Shown here piece after piece: positions 21,744 through 34,654 of a stretch of DNA of 64,000 nucleotides (positions within the stretch are counted from its first letter, which is position 1; each line of letters begins with the position of its first letter). Location of the stretch: the NCBI GenBank assembly GCA_002269645.1, contig NIVC01000526.1, positions 6,057 to 70,056 on the forward strand, in the 5' to 3' direction. The notes beneath the pieces are model-generated. The model saw only the letters and a program-made list of their open reading frames with translations, had not been told where the DNA came from and made no database searches. This DNA comes from Macrostomum lignano (lineage: Eukaryota). The translations under genes were made by a program, and so were the position numbers.

Positions 21744-24700
21744 GGACATTCAAGCCAGGTCACAGACTCGGGCTGCTTGGGAATGTACAACCATAGAATG
21801 TAGAATGGACATTCAAGCCAGGTCACAGACTCGGGCTGCTTGGGAATGTACAACCATAGAATGTAGAATGGACATTCAAGCCAGGTCACAGACTCGGGCT
21901 GCTTGGGAATGCACAACCATAGAATGTAGAATGGACATTCAAGCCAGGTCACAGACTCGGGCTGCTTGGGAATGCACAACCATAGAATGTAGAATGGACA
22001 TTCAAGCCAGGTCACAGACTCGGGCTGCTTGGGAATGCACAACCATAGAATGTAGAATGGACATTCAAGCCAGGTCACAGACTCGGGCTGCTTGGGAATG
22101 CACAACCATAGAATGTAGAATGGACATTCAAGCCAGGTCACAGACTCGGGCTGCTTGGGAATGCACAACCATAGAATGTAGAATGGACATTCAAGCCAGG
22201 TCACAGACTCGGGCTGCTTGGGAATGCACAACCATAGAATGTAGAATGGACATTCAAGCCAGGTCACAGACTCGGGCTGCTTGGGAATGCACAACCATAG
22301 AATGTAGAATGGACATTCAAGCCAGGTCACAGACTCGGGCTGCTTGGGAATGCACAACCATAGAATGTAGAATGGACATTCAAGCCAGGTCACAGACTCG
22401 GGCTGCTTGGGAATGCACAACCATAGAATGTAGAATGGACATTCAAGCCAGGTCACAGACTCGGGCTGCTTGGGAATGCACAACCATAGAATGTAGAATG
22501 GACATTCAAGCCAGGTCACAGACTCGGGCTGCTTGGGAATGCACAACCATAGAATGTAGAATGGACATTCAAGCCAGGTCACAGACTCGGGCTGCTTGGG
22601 AATGCACAACCATAGAATGTAGAATGGACATTCAAGCCAGGTCACAGACTCGGGCTGCTTGGGAATGCACAACCATAGAATGTAGAATGGACATTCAAGC
22701 CAGGTCACAGACTCGGGCTGCTTGGGAATGCACAACCATAGAATGTAGAATGGACATTCAAGCCAGGTCACAGACTCGGGCTGCTTGGGAATGCACAACC
22801 ATAGAATGTAGAATGGACATTCAAGCCAGGTCACAGACTCGGGCTGCTTGGGAATGCACAACCATAGAATGTAGAATGGACATTCAAGCCAGGTCACAGA
22901 CTCGGGCTGCTTGGGAATGCACAACCATAGAATGTAGAATGGACATTCAAGCCAGGTCACAGACTCGGGCTGCTTGGGAATGCACAACCATAGAATGTAG
23001 AATGGACATTCAAGCCAGGTCACAGACTCGGGCTGCTTGGGAATGCACAACCATAGAATGTAGAATGGACATTCAAGCCAGGTCACAGACTCGGGCTGCT
23101 TGGGAATGCACAACCATAGAATGTAGAATGGACATTCAAGCCAGGTCACAGACTCGGGCTGCTTGGGAATGCACAACCATAGAATGTAGAATGGACATTC
23201 AAGCCAGGTCACAGACTCGGGCTGCTTGGGAATGCACAACCATAGAATGTAGAATGGACATTCAAGCCAGGTCACAGACTCGGGCTGCTTGGGAATGCAC
23301 AACCATAGAATGTAGAATGGACATTCAAGCCAGGTCACAGACTCGGGCTGCTTGGGAATGCACAACCATAGAATGTAGAATGGACATTCAAGCCAGGTCA
23401 CAGACTCGGGCTGCTTGGGAATGCACAACCATAGAATGTAGAATGGACATTCAAGCCAGGTCACAGACTCGGGCTGCTTGGGAATGCACAACCATAGAAT
23501 GTAGAATGGACATTCAAGCCAGGTCACAGACTCGGGCTGCTTGGGAATGCACAACCATAGAATGTAGAATGGACATTCAAGCCAGGTCACAGACTCGGGC
23601 TGCTTGGGAATGCACAACCATAGAATGTAGAATGGACATTCAAGCCAGGTCACAGACTCGGGCTGCTTGGGAATGCACAACCATAGAATGTAGAATGGAC
23701 ATTCAAGCCAGGTCACAGACTCGGGCTGCTTGGGAATGCACAACCATAGAATGTAGAATGGACATTCAAGCCAGGTCACAGACTCGGGCTGCTTGGGAAT
23801 GCACAACCATAGAATGTAGAATGGACATTCAAGCCAGGTCACAGACTCGGGCTGCTTGGGAATGCACAACCATAGAATGTAGAATGGACATTCAAGCCAG
23901 GTCACAGACTCGGGCTGCTTGGGAATGCACAACCATAGAATGTAGAATGGACATTCAAGCCAGGTCACAGACTCGGGCTGCTTGGGAATGCACAACCATA
24001 GAATGTAGAATGGACATTCAAGCCAGGTCACAGACTCGGGCTGCTTGGGAATGCACAACCATAGAATGTAGAATGGACATTCAAGCCAGGTCACAGACTC
24101 GGGCTGCTTGGGAATGCACAACCATAGAATGTAGAATGGACATTCAAGCCAGGTCACAGACTCGGGCTGCTTGGGAATGCACAACCATAGAATGTAGAAT
24201 GGACATTCAAGCCAGGTCACAGACTCGGGCTGCTTGGGAATGCACAACCATAGAATGTAGAATGGACATTCAAGCCAGGTCACAGACTCGGGCTGCTTGG
24301 GAATGCACAACCATAGAATGTAGAATGGACATTCAAGCCAGGTCACAGACTCGGGCTGCTTGGGAATGCACAACCATAGAATGTAGAATGGACATTCAAG
24401 CCAGGTCACAGACTCGGGCTGCTTGGGAATGCACAACCATAGAATGTAGAATGGACATTCAAGCCAGGTCACAGACTCGGGCTGCTTGGGAATGCACAAC
24501 CATAGAATGTAGAATGGACATTCAAGCCAGGTCACAGACTCGGGCTGCTTGGGAATGCACAACCATAGAATGTAGAATGGACATTCAAGCCAGGTCACAG
24601 ACTCGGGCTGCTTGGGAATGCACAACCATAGAATGTAGAATGGACATTCAAGCCAGGTCACAGACTCGGGCTGCTTGGGAATGCACAACCATAGAATGTA

Positions 24701-27700
24701 GAATGGACATTCAAGCCAGGTCACAGACTCGGGCTGCTTGGGAATGCACAACCATAGAATGTAGAATGGACATTCAAGCCAGGTCACAGACTCGGGCTGC
24801 TTGGGAATGCACAACCATAGAATGTAGAATGGACATTCAAGCCAGGTCACAGACTCGGGCTGCTTGGGAATGCACAACCATAGAATGTAGAATGGACATT
24901 CAAGCCAGGTCACAGACTCGGGCTGCTTGGGAATGCACAACCATAGAATGTAGAATGGACATTCAAGCCAGGTCACAGACTCGGGCTGCTTGGGAATGCA
25001 CAACCATAGAATGTAGAATGGACATTCAAGCCAGGTCACAGACTCGGGCTGCTTGGGAATGCACAACCATAGAATGTAGAATGGACATTCAAGCCAGGTC
25101 ACAGACTCGGGCTGCTTGGGAATGCACAACCATAGAATGTAGAATGGACATTCAAGCCAGGTCACAGACTCGGGCTGCTTGGGAATGCACAACCATAGAA
25201 TGTAGAATGGACATTCAAGCCAGGTCACAGACTCGGGCTGCTTGGGAATGCACAACCATAGAATGTAGAATGGACATTCAAGCCAGGTCACAGACTCGGG
25301 CTGCTTGGGAATGCACAACCATAGAATGTAGAATGGACATTCAAGCCAGGTCACAGACTCGGGCTGCTTGGGAATGCACAACCATAGAATGTAGAATGGA
25401 CATTCAAGCCAGGTCACAGACTCGGGCTGCTTGGGAATGCACAACCATAGAATGTAGAATGGACATTCAAGCCAGGTCACAGACTCGGGCTGCTTGGGAA
25501 TGCACAACCATAGAATGTAGAATGGACATTCAAGCCAGGTCACAGACTCGGGCTGCTTGGGAATGCACAACCATAGAATGTAGAATGGACATTCAAGCCA
25601 GGTCACAGACTCGGGCTGCTTGGGAATGCACAACCATAGAATGTAGAATGGACATTCAAGCCAGGTCACAGACTCGGGCTGCTTGGGAATGCACAACCAT
25701 AGAATGTAGAATGGACATTCAAGCCAGGTCACAGACTCGGGCTGCTTGGGAATGCACAACCATAGAATGTAGAATGGACATTCAAGCCAGGTCACAGACT
25801 CGGGCTGCTTGGGAATGCACAACCATAGAATGTAGAATGGACATTCAAGCCAGGTCACAGACTCGGGCTGCTTGGGAATGCACAACCATAGAATGTAGAA
25901 TGGACATTCAAGCCAGGTCACAGACTCGGGCTGCTTGGGAATGCACAACCATAGAATGTAGAATGGACATTCAAGCCAGGTCACAGACTCGGGCTGCTTG
26001 GGAATGCACAACCATAGAATGTAGAATGGACATTCAAGCCAGGTCACAGACTCGGGCTGCTTGGGAATGCACAACCATAGAATGTAGAATGGACATTCAA
26101 GCCAGGTCACAGACTCGGGCTGCTTGGGAATGCACAACCATAGAATGTAGAATGGACATTCAAGCCAGGTCACAGACTCGGGCTGCTTGGGAATGCACAA
26201 CCATAGAATGTAGAATGGACATTCAAGCCAGGTCACAGACTCGGGCTGCTTGGGAATGCACAACCATAGAATGTAGAATGGACATTCAAGCCAGGTCACA
26301 GACTCGGGCTGCTTGGGAATGCACAACCATAGAATGTAGAATGGACATTCAAGCCAGGTCACAGACTCGGGCTGCTTGGGAATGCACAACCATAGAATGT
26401 AGAATGGACATTCAAGCCAGGTCACAGACTCGGGCTGCTTGGGAATGCACAACCATAGAATGTAGAATGGACATTCAAGCCAGGTCACAGACTCGGGCTG
26501 CTTGGGAATGCACAACCATAGAATGTAGAATGGACATTCAAGCCAGGTCACAGACTCGGGCTGCTTGGGAATGCACAACCATAGAATGTAGAATGGACAT
26601 TCAAGCCAGGTCACAGACTCGGGCTGCTTGGGAATGCACAACCATAGAATGTAGAATGGACATTCAAGCCAGGTCACAGACTCGGGCTGCTTGGGAATGC
26701 ACAACCATAGAATGTAGAATGGACATTCAAGCCAGGTCACAGACTCGGGCTGCTTGGGAATGCACAACCATAGAATGTAGAATGGACATTCAAGCCAGGT
26801 CACAGACTCGGGCTGCTTGGGAATGCACAACCATAGAATGTAGAATGGACATTCAAGCCAGGTCACAGACTCGGGCTGCTTGGGAATGCACAACCATAGA
26901 ATGTAGAATGGACATTCAAGCCAGGTCACAGACTCGGGCTGCTTGGGAATGCACAACCATAGAATGTAGAATGGACATTCAAGCCAGGTCACAGACTCGG
27001 GCTGCTTGGGAATGCACAACCATAGAATGTAGAATGGACATTCAAGCCAGGTCACAGACTCGGGCTGCTTGGGAATGCACAACCATAGAATGTAGAATGG
27101 ACATTCAAGCCAGGTCACAGACTCGGGCTGCTTGGGAATGCACAACCATAGAATGTAGAATGGACATTCAAGCCAGGTCACAGACTCGGGCTGCTTGGGA
27201 ATGCACAACCATAGAATGTAGAATGGACATTCAAGCCAGGTCACAGACTCGGGCTGCTTGGGAATGCACAACCATAGAATGTAGAATGGACATTCAAGCC
27301 AGGTCACAGACTCGGGCTGCTTGGGAATGCACAACCATAGAATGTAGAATGGACATTCAAGCCAGGTCACAGACTCGGGCTGCTTGGGAATGCACAACCA
27401 TAGAATGTAGAATGGACATTCAAGCCAGGTCACAGACTCGGGCTGCTTGGGAATGCACAACCATAGAATGTAGAATGGACATTCAAGCCAGGTCACAGAC
27501 TCGGGCTGCTTGGGAATGCACAACCATAGAATGTAGAATGGACATTCAAGCCAGGTCACAGACTCGGGCTGCTTGGGAATGCACAACCATAGAATGTAGA
27601 ATGGACATTCAAGCCAGGTCACAGACTCGGGCTGCTTGGGAATGCACAACCATAGAATGTAGAATGGACATTCAAGCCAGGTCACAGACTCGGGCTGCTT

Positions 27701-30700
27701 GGGAATGCACAACCATAGAATGTAGAATGGACATTCAAGCCAGGTCACAGACTCGGGCTGCTTGGGAATGCACAACCATAGAATGTAGAATGGACATTCA
27801 AGCCAGGTCACAGACTCGGGCTGCTTGGGAATGCACAACCATAGAATGTAGAATGGACATTCAAGCCAGGTCACAGACTCGGGCTGCTTGGGAATGCACA
27901 ACCATAGAATGTAGAATGGACATTCAAGCCAGGTCACAGACTCGGGCTGCTTGGGAATGCACAACCATAGAATGTAGAATGGACATTCAAGCCAGGTCAC
28001 AGACTCGGGCTGCTTGGGAATGCACAACCATAGAATGTAGAATGGACATTCAAGCCAGGTCACAGACTCGGGCTGCTTGGGAATGCACAACCATAGAATG
28101 TAGAATGGACATTCAAGCCAGGTCACAGACTCGGGCTGCTTGGGAATGCACAACCATAGAATGTAGAATGGACATTCAAGCCAGGTCACAGACTCGGGCT
28201 GCTTGGGAATGCACAACCATAGAATGTAGAATGGACATTCAAGCCAGGTCACAGACTCGGGCTGCTTGGGAATGCACAACCATAGAATGTAGAATGGACA
28301 TTCAAGCCAGGTCACAGACTCGGGCTGCTTGGGAATGCACAACCATAGAATGTAGAATGGACATTCAAGCCAGGTCACAGACTCGGGCTGCTTGGGAATG
28401 CACAACCATAGAATGTAGAATGGACATTCAAGCCAGGTCACAGACTCGGGCTGCTTGGGAATGCACAACCATAGAATGTAGAATGGACATTCAAGCCAGG
28501 TCACAGACTCGGGCTGCTTGGGAATGCACAACCATAGAATGTAGAATGGACATTCAAGCCAGGTCACAGACTCGGGCTGCTTGGGAATGCACAACCATAG
28601 AATGTAGAATGGACATTCAAGCCAGGTCACAGACTCGGGCTGCTTGGGAATGCACAACCATAGAATGTAGAATGGACATTCAAGCCAGGTCACAGACTCG
28701 GGCTGCTTGGGAATGCACAACCATAGAATGTAGAATGGACATTCAAGCCAGGTCACAGACTCGGGCTGCTTGGGAATGCACAACCATAGAATGTAGAATG
28801 GACATTCAAGCCAGGTCACAGACTCGGGCTGCTTGGGAATGCACAACCATAGAATGTAGAATGGACATTCAAGCCAGGTCACAGACTCGGGCTGCTTGGG
28901 AATGCACAACCATAGAATGTAGAATGGACATTCAAGCCAGGTCACAGACTCGGGCTGCTTGGGAATGCACAACCATAGAATGTAGAATGGACATTCAAGC
29001 CAGGTCACAGACTCGGGCTGCTTGGGAATGCACAACCATAGAATGTAGAATGGACATTCAAGCCAGGTCACAGACTCGGGCTGCTTGGGAATGCACAACC
29101 ATAGAATGTAGAATGGACATTCAAGCCAGGTCACAGACTCGGGCTGCTTGGGAATGCACAACCATAGAATGTAGAATGGACATTCAAGCCAGGTCACAGA
29201 CTCGGGCTGCTTGGGAATGCACAACCATAGAATGTAGAATGGACATTCAAGCCAGGTCACAGACTCGGGCTGCTTGGGAATGCACAACCATAGAATGTAG
29301 AATGGACATTCAAGCCAGGTCACAGACTCGGGCTGCTTGGGAATGCACAACCATAGAATGTAGAATGGACATTCAAGCCAGGTCACAGACTCGGGCTGCT
29401 TGGGAATGCACAACCATAGAATGTAGAATGGACATTCAAGCCAGGTCACAGACTCGGGCTGCTTGGGAATGCACAACCATAGAATGTAGAATGGACATTC
29501 AAGCCAGGTCACAGACTCGGGCTGCTTGGGAATGCACAACCATAGAATGTAGAATGGACATTCAAGCCAGGTCACAGACTCGGGCTGCTTGGGAATGCAC
29601 AACCATAGAATGTAGAATGGACATTCAAGCCAGGTCACAGACTCGGGCTGCTTGGGAATGCACAACCATAGAATGTAGAATGGACATTCAAGCCAGGTCA
29701 CAGACTCGGGCTGCTTGGGAATGCACAACCATAGAATGTAGAATGGACATTCAAGCCAGGTCACAGACTCGGGCTGCTTGGGAATGCACAACCATAGAAT
29801 GTAGAATGGACATTCAAGCCAGGTCACAGACTCGGGCTGCTTGGGAATGCACAACCATAGAATGTAGAATGGACATTCAAGCCAGGTCACAGACTCGGGC
29901 TGCTTGGGAATGCACAACCATAGAATGTAGAATGGACATTCAAGCCAGGTCACAGACTCGGGCTGCTTGGGAATGCACAACCATAGAATGTAGAATGGAC
30001 ATTCAAGCCAGGTCACAGACTCGGGCTGCTTGGGAATGCACAACCATAGAATGTAGAATGGACATTCAAGCCAGGTCACAGACTCGGGCTGCTTGGGAAT
30101 GCACAACCATAGAATGTAGAATGGACATTCAAGCCAGGTCACAGACTCGGGCTGCTTGGGAATGCACAACCATAGAATGTAGAATGGACATTCAAGCCAG
30201 GTCACAGACTCGGGCTGCTTGGGAATGCACAACCATAGAATGTAGAATGGACATTCAAGCCAGGTCACAGACTCGGGCTGCTTGGGAATGCACAACCATA
30301 GAATGTAGAATGGACATTCAAGCCAGGTCACAGACTCGGGCTGCTTGGGAATGCACAACCATAGAATGTAGAATGGACATTCAAGCCAGGTCACAGACTC
30401 GGGCTGCTTGGGAATGCACAACCATAGAATGTAGAATGGACATTCAAGCCAGGTCACAGACTCGGGCTGCTTGGGAATGCACAACCATAGAATGTAGAAT
30501 GGACATTCAAGCCAGGTCACAGACTCGGGCTGCTTGGGAATGCACAACCATAGAATGTAGAATGGACATTCAAGCCAGGTCACAGACTCGGGCTGCTTGG
30601 GAATGCACAACCATAGAATGTAGAATGGACATTCAAGCCAGGTCACAGACTCGGGCTGCTTGGGAATGCACAACCATAGAATGTAGAATGGACATTCAAG

Positions 30701-31077
30701 CCAGGTCACAGACTCGGGCTGCTTGGGAATGCACAACCATAGAATGTAGAATGGACATTCAAGCCAGGTCACAGACTCGGGCTGCTTGGGAATGCACAAC
30801 CATAGAATGTAGAATGGACATTCAAGCCAGGTCACAGACTCGGGCTGCTTGGGAATGCACAACCATAGAATGTAGAATGGACATTCAAGCCAGGTCACAG
30901 ACTCGGGCTGCTTGGGAATGCACAACCATAGAATGTAGAATGGACATTCAAGCCAGGTCACAGACTCGGGCTGCTTGGGAATGCACAACCATAGAATGTA
31001 GAATGGACATTCAAGCCAGGTCACAGACTCGGGCTGCTTGGGAATGCACAACCATAGAATGTAGAATGGACATTCAA
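21744..31077 (+). repeat. 63-bp tandem array, ~148 near-identical copies (9.3 kb)
   Basis: Unit ggacattcaagccaggtcacagactcgggctgcttgggaatgcacaaccatagaatgtagaat. The only variant I saw is a C>T in the first two units. Confidence 0.97.
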
Positions 31078-31539
31078 AACGGGAATTTGTCCAATTTAAT
31101 GTATTTTTTCTGGCAGTTTCTAGCATCTAGCAGTTCCGATAATTCCTTGAGCGTCAGGAAAGGATTTTCATCGAGTTTCTCAACCAATAATTCTCCCATT
31201 TCCAGTCGGCCTTACACAATCCTGTCTTTCCGACCACCGCGGGGAAGGGATTCCGCACTCTGCCATCGAGTCGAAAGTTGGCAGCGATTCGGAATGCGGT
31301 TGTTTTCTTGATTTGCAAGATTCTTGCAGCTGCTGCGATGGATGACCCTTGTTCAATCATCGCATCAATCAGCCGCTGGCGATTTGCTGCAGGAATTGGT
31401 GGCGCCATTGGATGGGGTCGCTTTCAGGCCAAAGATGAGCAAACAGGGGAGGGAGGGACCGAGAGCGATAAAATCCCAGTCCAATTCCCGTTTTGAATGG
31501 CTTTTTCCCATATTGAATGTCCAAAGTTATAGTCTATGG
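31052..31539 (-). mobile_element. Internally deleted Tc1/IS630-like element with an N-terminal transposase HTH fragment
   Basis: ORF 31154..31408 MAPPIPAANRQRLIDAMIEQGSSIAAAARILQIKKTTAFRIAANFRLDGRV; after a frameshift LPRGGRK and MGELLVEKLDENPFLTLKELSELL. Imperfect TIRs: ccataga..tggacattcaaaacgggaatt (31052-31087) versus aattcccgttttgaatg...ttgaatgtccaaagttatagtctatgg (~31487-31539). Confidence 0.7.
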
Positions 31540-31582
31540 CCAAGCCTCCCTTAGTAGACTTTGCTAAACTGCTTAAGTCCAT

Positions 31583-31775
31583 GGGCCGTATGCAGAAAGC
31601 CTAGTCCAGACTAGCTAGTCCGGACTTGGGTAGTTCAGTCTATAGTCTATGGTCTAGCTAGCCTAGTTCTGCTATAGTAGACTGGTCTAACTTTGTGTTT
31701 CTGCATACCAAATCCAAGTCTAGACTAGCTTTTCAAGACCGGACTACCCTAGACAGAGCTTTCTGCATACGGCCC
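31583..31775. mobile_element. MITE with perfect 18-bp TIRs and AT flanks (PIF/Harbinger-ISL2EU-like)
   Basis: gggccgtatgcagaaagc (31583-31600) and gctttctgcatacggccc (31758-31775), flanked by AT on both sides. Confidence 0.8.
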
Positions 31776-32849
31776 ATTGTGTGATCTGCGGCCTGCCTTG
31801 AATGTCAATATGACGTCCCGTTTTGACTATCTAAATTCCCATTTACTTTTTATCTGCAACGAGTTTTCTAAGAAGGTCACGAGAGCCACTTGCCACTTGC
31901 ACTGCAAATATTGGTGTTTTTTTCAATTACTGAACTTCATTCCAAGCGTTGAGAATTTCTCTACGTAGATTCTGGAACTCACAGTTTGAGGAAGCAGAAC
32001 TACTCCACAATCAGTATATGCTTTACGCAGCTCGATAAGACGGAGTCAGTGAGCATAGGCCTGTTACACGCCAGGGTAATAATTCGGGTGCATTTGTTCC
32101 GGTCTAGCGATAACAGCGAGTCATTCTATGACATTTGTTGCAGCGCAGGGAGATAAGAAGCTGTCCCAGCACTTTAACTACCACAGGGTTAAAAACAGCT
32201 TGTCACAATGCGCCTGAGACAAAGAGATTTGATTGACTTAATTTTCTCCATCTAAATGACAGTCTTTGGCTCAAAATCCTGACAAGCTGAATCTTCTGAT
32301 CGGCAGGTGAACTAGTCAATACTACAGTATATACACTTGGGCTAGTTATTATTCAATACGAGTACCACTAGTGCAAACACACAAGGCTGTGCTGGTCGTA
32401 CAGGACAAACACGATACCAGTGGGATCGCGGCTCACTTGTTTGCTCACCCCGGTGCAGTGGGGGACTTCGGCTGGCCAGGAGCTTGAGGGGGGGGCGCTT
32501 TTCAAATTGGCCGCAGATTTCCCGATCTCTGTTGAATCCGATTTTGAAGTGGGCCGCTTGTCTGCGCTGTAGTGTGAGAGAATTGCAGCTCAAGTCGTTC
32601 TCCCGTTTCTCTCTCTGAGCAGTGCGCTTTTCGTAGGAGAAAAAGAGAGAGAGAGACCTTCTGGACTCAACTGGATTTTATGGCGGCTCTGTGGCCAATC
32701 ACAGGCCGGACAGCCTGTTAGCAAACAGGCACTCCTACGGGGGGGACACGCACTTGCAGCATGCGCCACTGCGTTAAATTTTATTTCCACTATCGCACTA
32801 TACGAGCGTATTGTATGATATCGTTGGATTGAACAACTGTTTGTGACTT

Positions 32850-33497
32850 ACTGAGTCCCTACATTGTCCCTTCAGTGTCCCTTCAGTGTCCCTACAGTGT
32901 CCCTTCAGTGTCCCTTCAGTGTCCCTCCAGTGTCCCTTCAGTGTCCCTTCAGTGTCCCTACAGTGTCCCTTCAGTGTCCTTTCAGTGTCCCTTCAGTGTC
33001 CCTTTCAGTGTCCCTTCAGTGTCCCTACAGTGTCCTTTCAGTGTCCCTTCAGTGTCCCTTCAGTGTCCCTTCAGTGTCCCTACAGTGTCCCTACAGTGTC
33101 CCTTCAGTGTCCCTACAGTGTCCCTTCAGTGTCCCTTCAGTGTCCCTTCAGTGTCCCTTCAGTGTCCCTTCAGTGTCCCTTCAGTGTCCCTTCAGTGTCC
33201 CTTCAGTGTCCCTTCAGTGTCCCCTCAGTGTCCCTTCAGTGTCCCTTCAGTGTCCCTTCAGTGTCCCTTCAGTGTCCCTACAGTGTCCTTTCAGTGTCCC
33301 CTCAGTGTCCCTTCAGTGTCCCTTCAGTGTCCCTTCAGTGTCCCTTCAGTGTCCCTACAGTGTCCTTTCAGTGTCCCCTCAGTGTCCCTTCAGTGTCCCT
33401 TCAGTGTCCCTTCAGTGTCCCTTCAGTGTCCCTTCAGTGTCCCTACAGTGTCCCTTCAGTGTCCCTTCAGTGTCCCTTCAGTGTCCCTTCAGTGTCC
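32850..33497 (+). repeat. 11-bp satellite cagtgtccctt
   Basis: Around 59 copies; the unit reappears just after the hAT MITE (tacagtgtc). Confidence 0.95.
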
Positions 33498-33512
33498 AAT
33501 TGCAGCGTCCCC

Positions 33513-33967
33513 CAGGGGTGTCGCCACCTGGAGGGGACAGGGGGGACATGTCCCCTAAAGTAAAAGCAGCTATGGGGGGGCATGCGAATGTTTGGTCCCC
33601 CCATCTAACCCTATGACCTGTTTTGGAAATCAATAATTTTGCTTCCAGGCGACAAAATATATAGCACCTGTGGCACTAAAACGAGTGCCTACGGCGCCAA
33701 AGCGAGTGCTTGCGGCGCTAAAAATGAGTGCCTGCGGCGCTAAAAATGAGTGCTTGCGGCGCTAAAAATGAGTGCTTGCGGCGCTAAAAATGAGTGCTTG
33801 CGGCGCTAAAAATGAGTGCCTGCGGCGCTAAAAATGAGTGCCTGCGGCGCTAAAAATGAGTGCCTGCGGCGCTAAAATGAGAGCTGCCAACACAGATTCT
33901 GAAAAAAATGTACATGTAGAATTCTAGGCTTTGTCCCCCCATCATAAAATCCATGGCGACGCCCCTG
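33513..33967. mobile_element. hAT-type MITE with 8-bp TSD and an internal 22-bp repeat
   Basis: TIR caggggtgtcgcca / tggcgacgcccctg; TSD gcgtcccc at 33505-33512 and 33968-33975; internal (gagtgc.tgcggcgctaaaaat)n at ~33680-33880. Confidence 0.85.
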
Positions 33968-34654
33968 GCGTCCCCTACAGTGTCTGGCAGTCTCTAAAAT
34001 GTTTCTTTTATGTCCTCTCAGTCTCAGTGCCGTCCCCAGGAAGTTCCACACTCGGCAGTCGGCACCATCGTGTGATCATTAAACAGTAAAAATTTGCTGA
34101 AGAGCTGTGTAACTGCTTCCTAAGCGAGCGGCAGTCAATTCTCGATTATTCTTGACGATGTTTGTTAGCCAAAGACGAGGCTGAGAGAGTTTTGTTTGCC
34201 GCTATTTTTAAAGCAATTTTGTCGGTTTTCCAGCCATTCAGATGAAAATTGATGAACTTCCGGAAAAACGTCCGGTTCACTTTTTTTCAGGGGAGGGGAT
34301 TCCTTCTGGCGGCTCAAGAAGAGCACTTTTATACTGGGATTTGATGGGAGCAGCAAACTTCCTTATAGTATGAGCTGGACTTCTCAACGCTTTACCGCAC
34401 TCAAGGAGACAGGCTGCTAGCTTTTTAATATCGCTTACCATATTGAAACTGTCTGATCCCCCAGTCTGGCAGCCTCCAGATTCCTCATCCCAAATGGATT
34501 CCTCATCATTGGCATCATCAAATATCCTCAGTTGCTCAGCTGCCCAACGCTCTCTTCAATTCAGCACTCGCTTCCTCTCTCGTCACATCTTTTACCTCAA
34601 ATTCAACAGCTGACACGTCAGGCCAGTCAATGGGATGCTGTGGAGAATTGTACG

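Noticed and set aside
21744-31077. CRISPR array
   Set aside because: No unique spacers (units are identical end to end), no cas genes, and the context is eukaryotic.
21647-31311. Two giant ORFs (3159 aa minus, 3189 aa plus) of 21-aa repeats
   Set aside because: A 63-bp unit is a multiple of 3, so any stop-free frame stays open. There is no synonymous variation, signal peptide or splice context, and both strands are open.
32864-33616. SVPSVSLQCPF repeat ORFs
   Set aside because: 11-bp satellite read in three frames.
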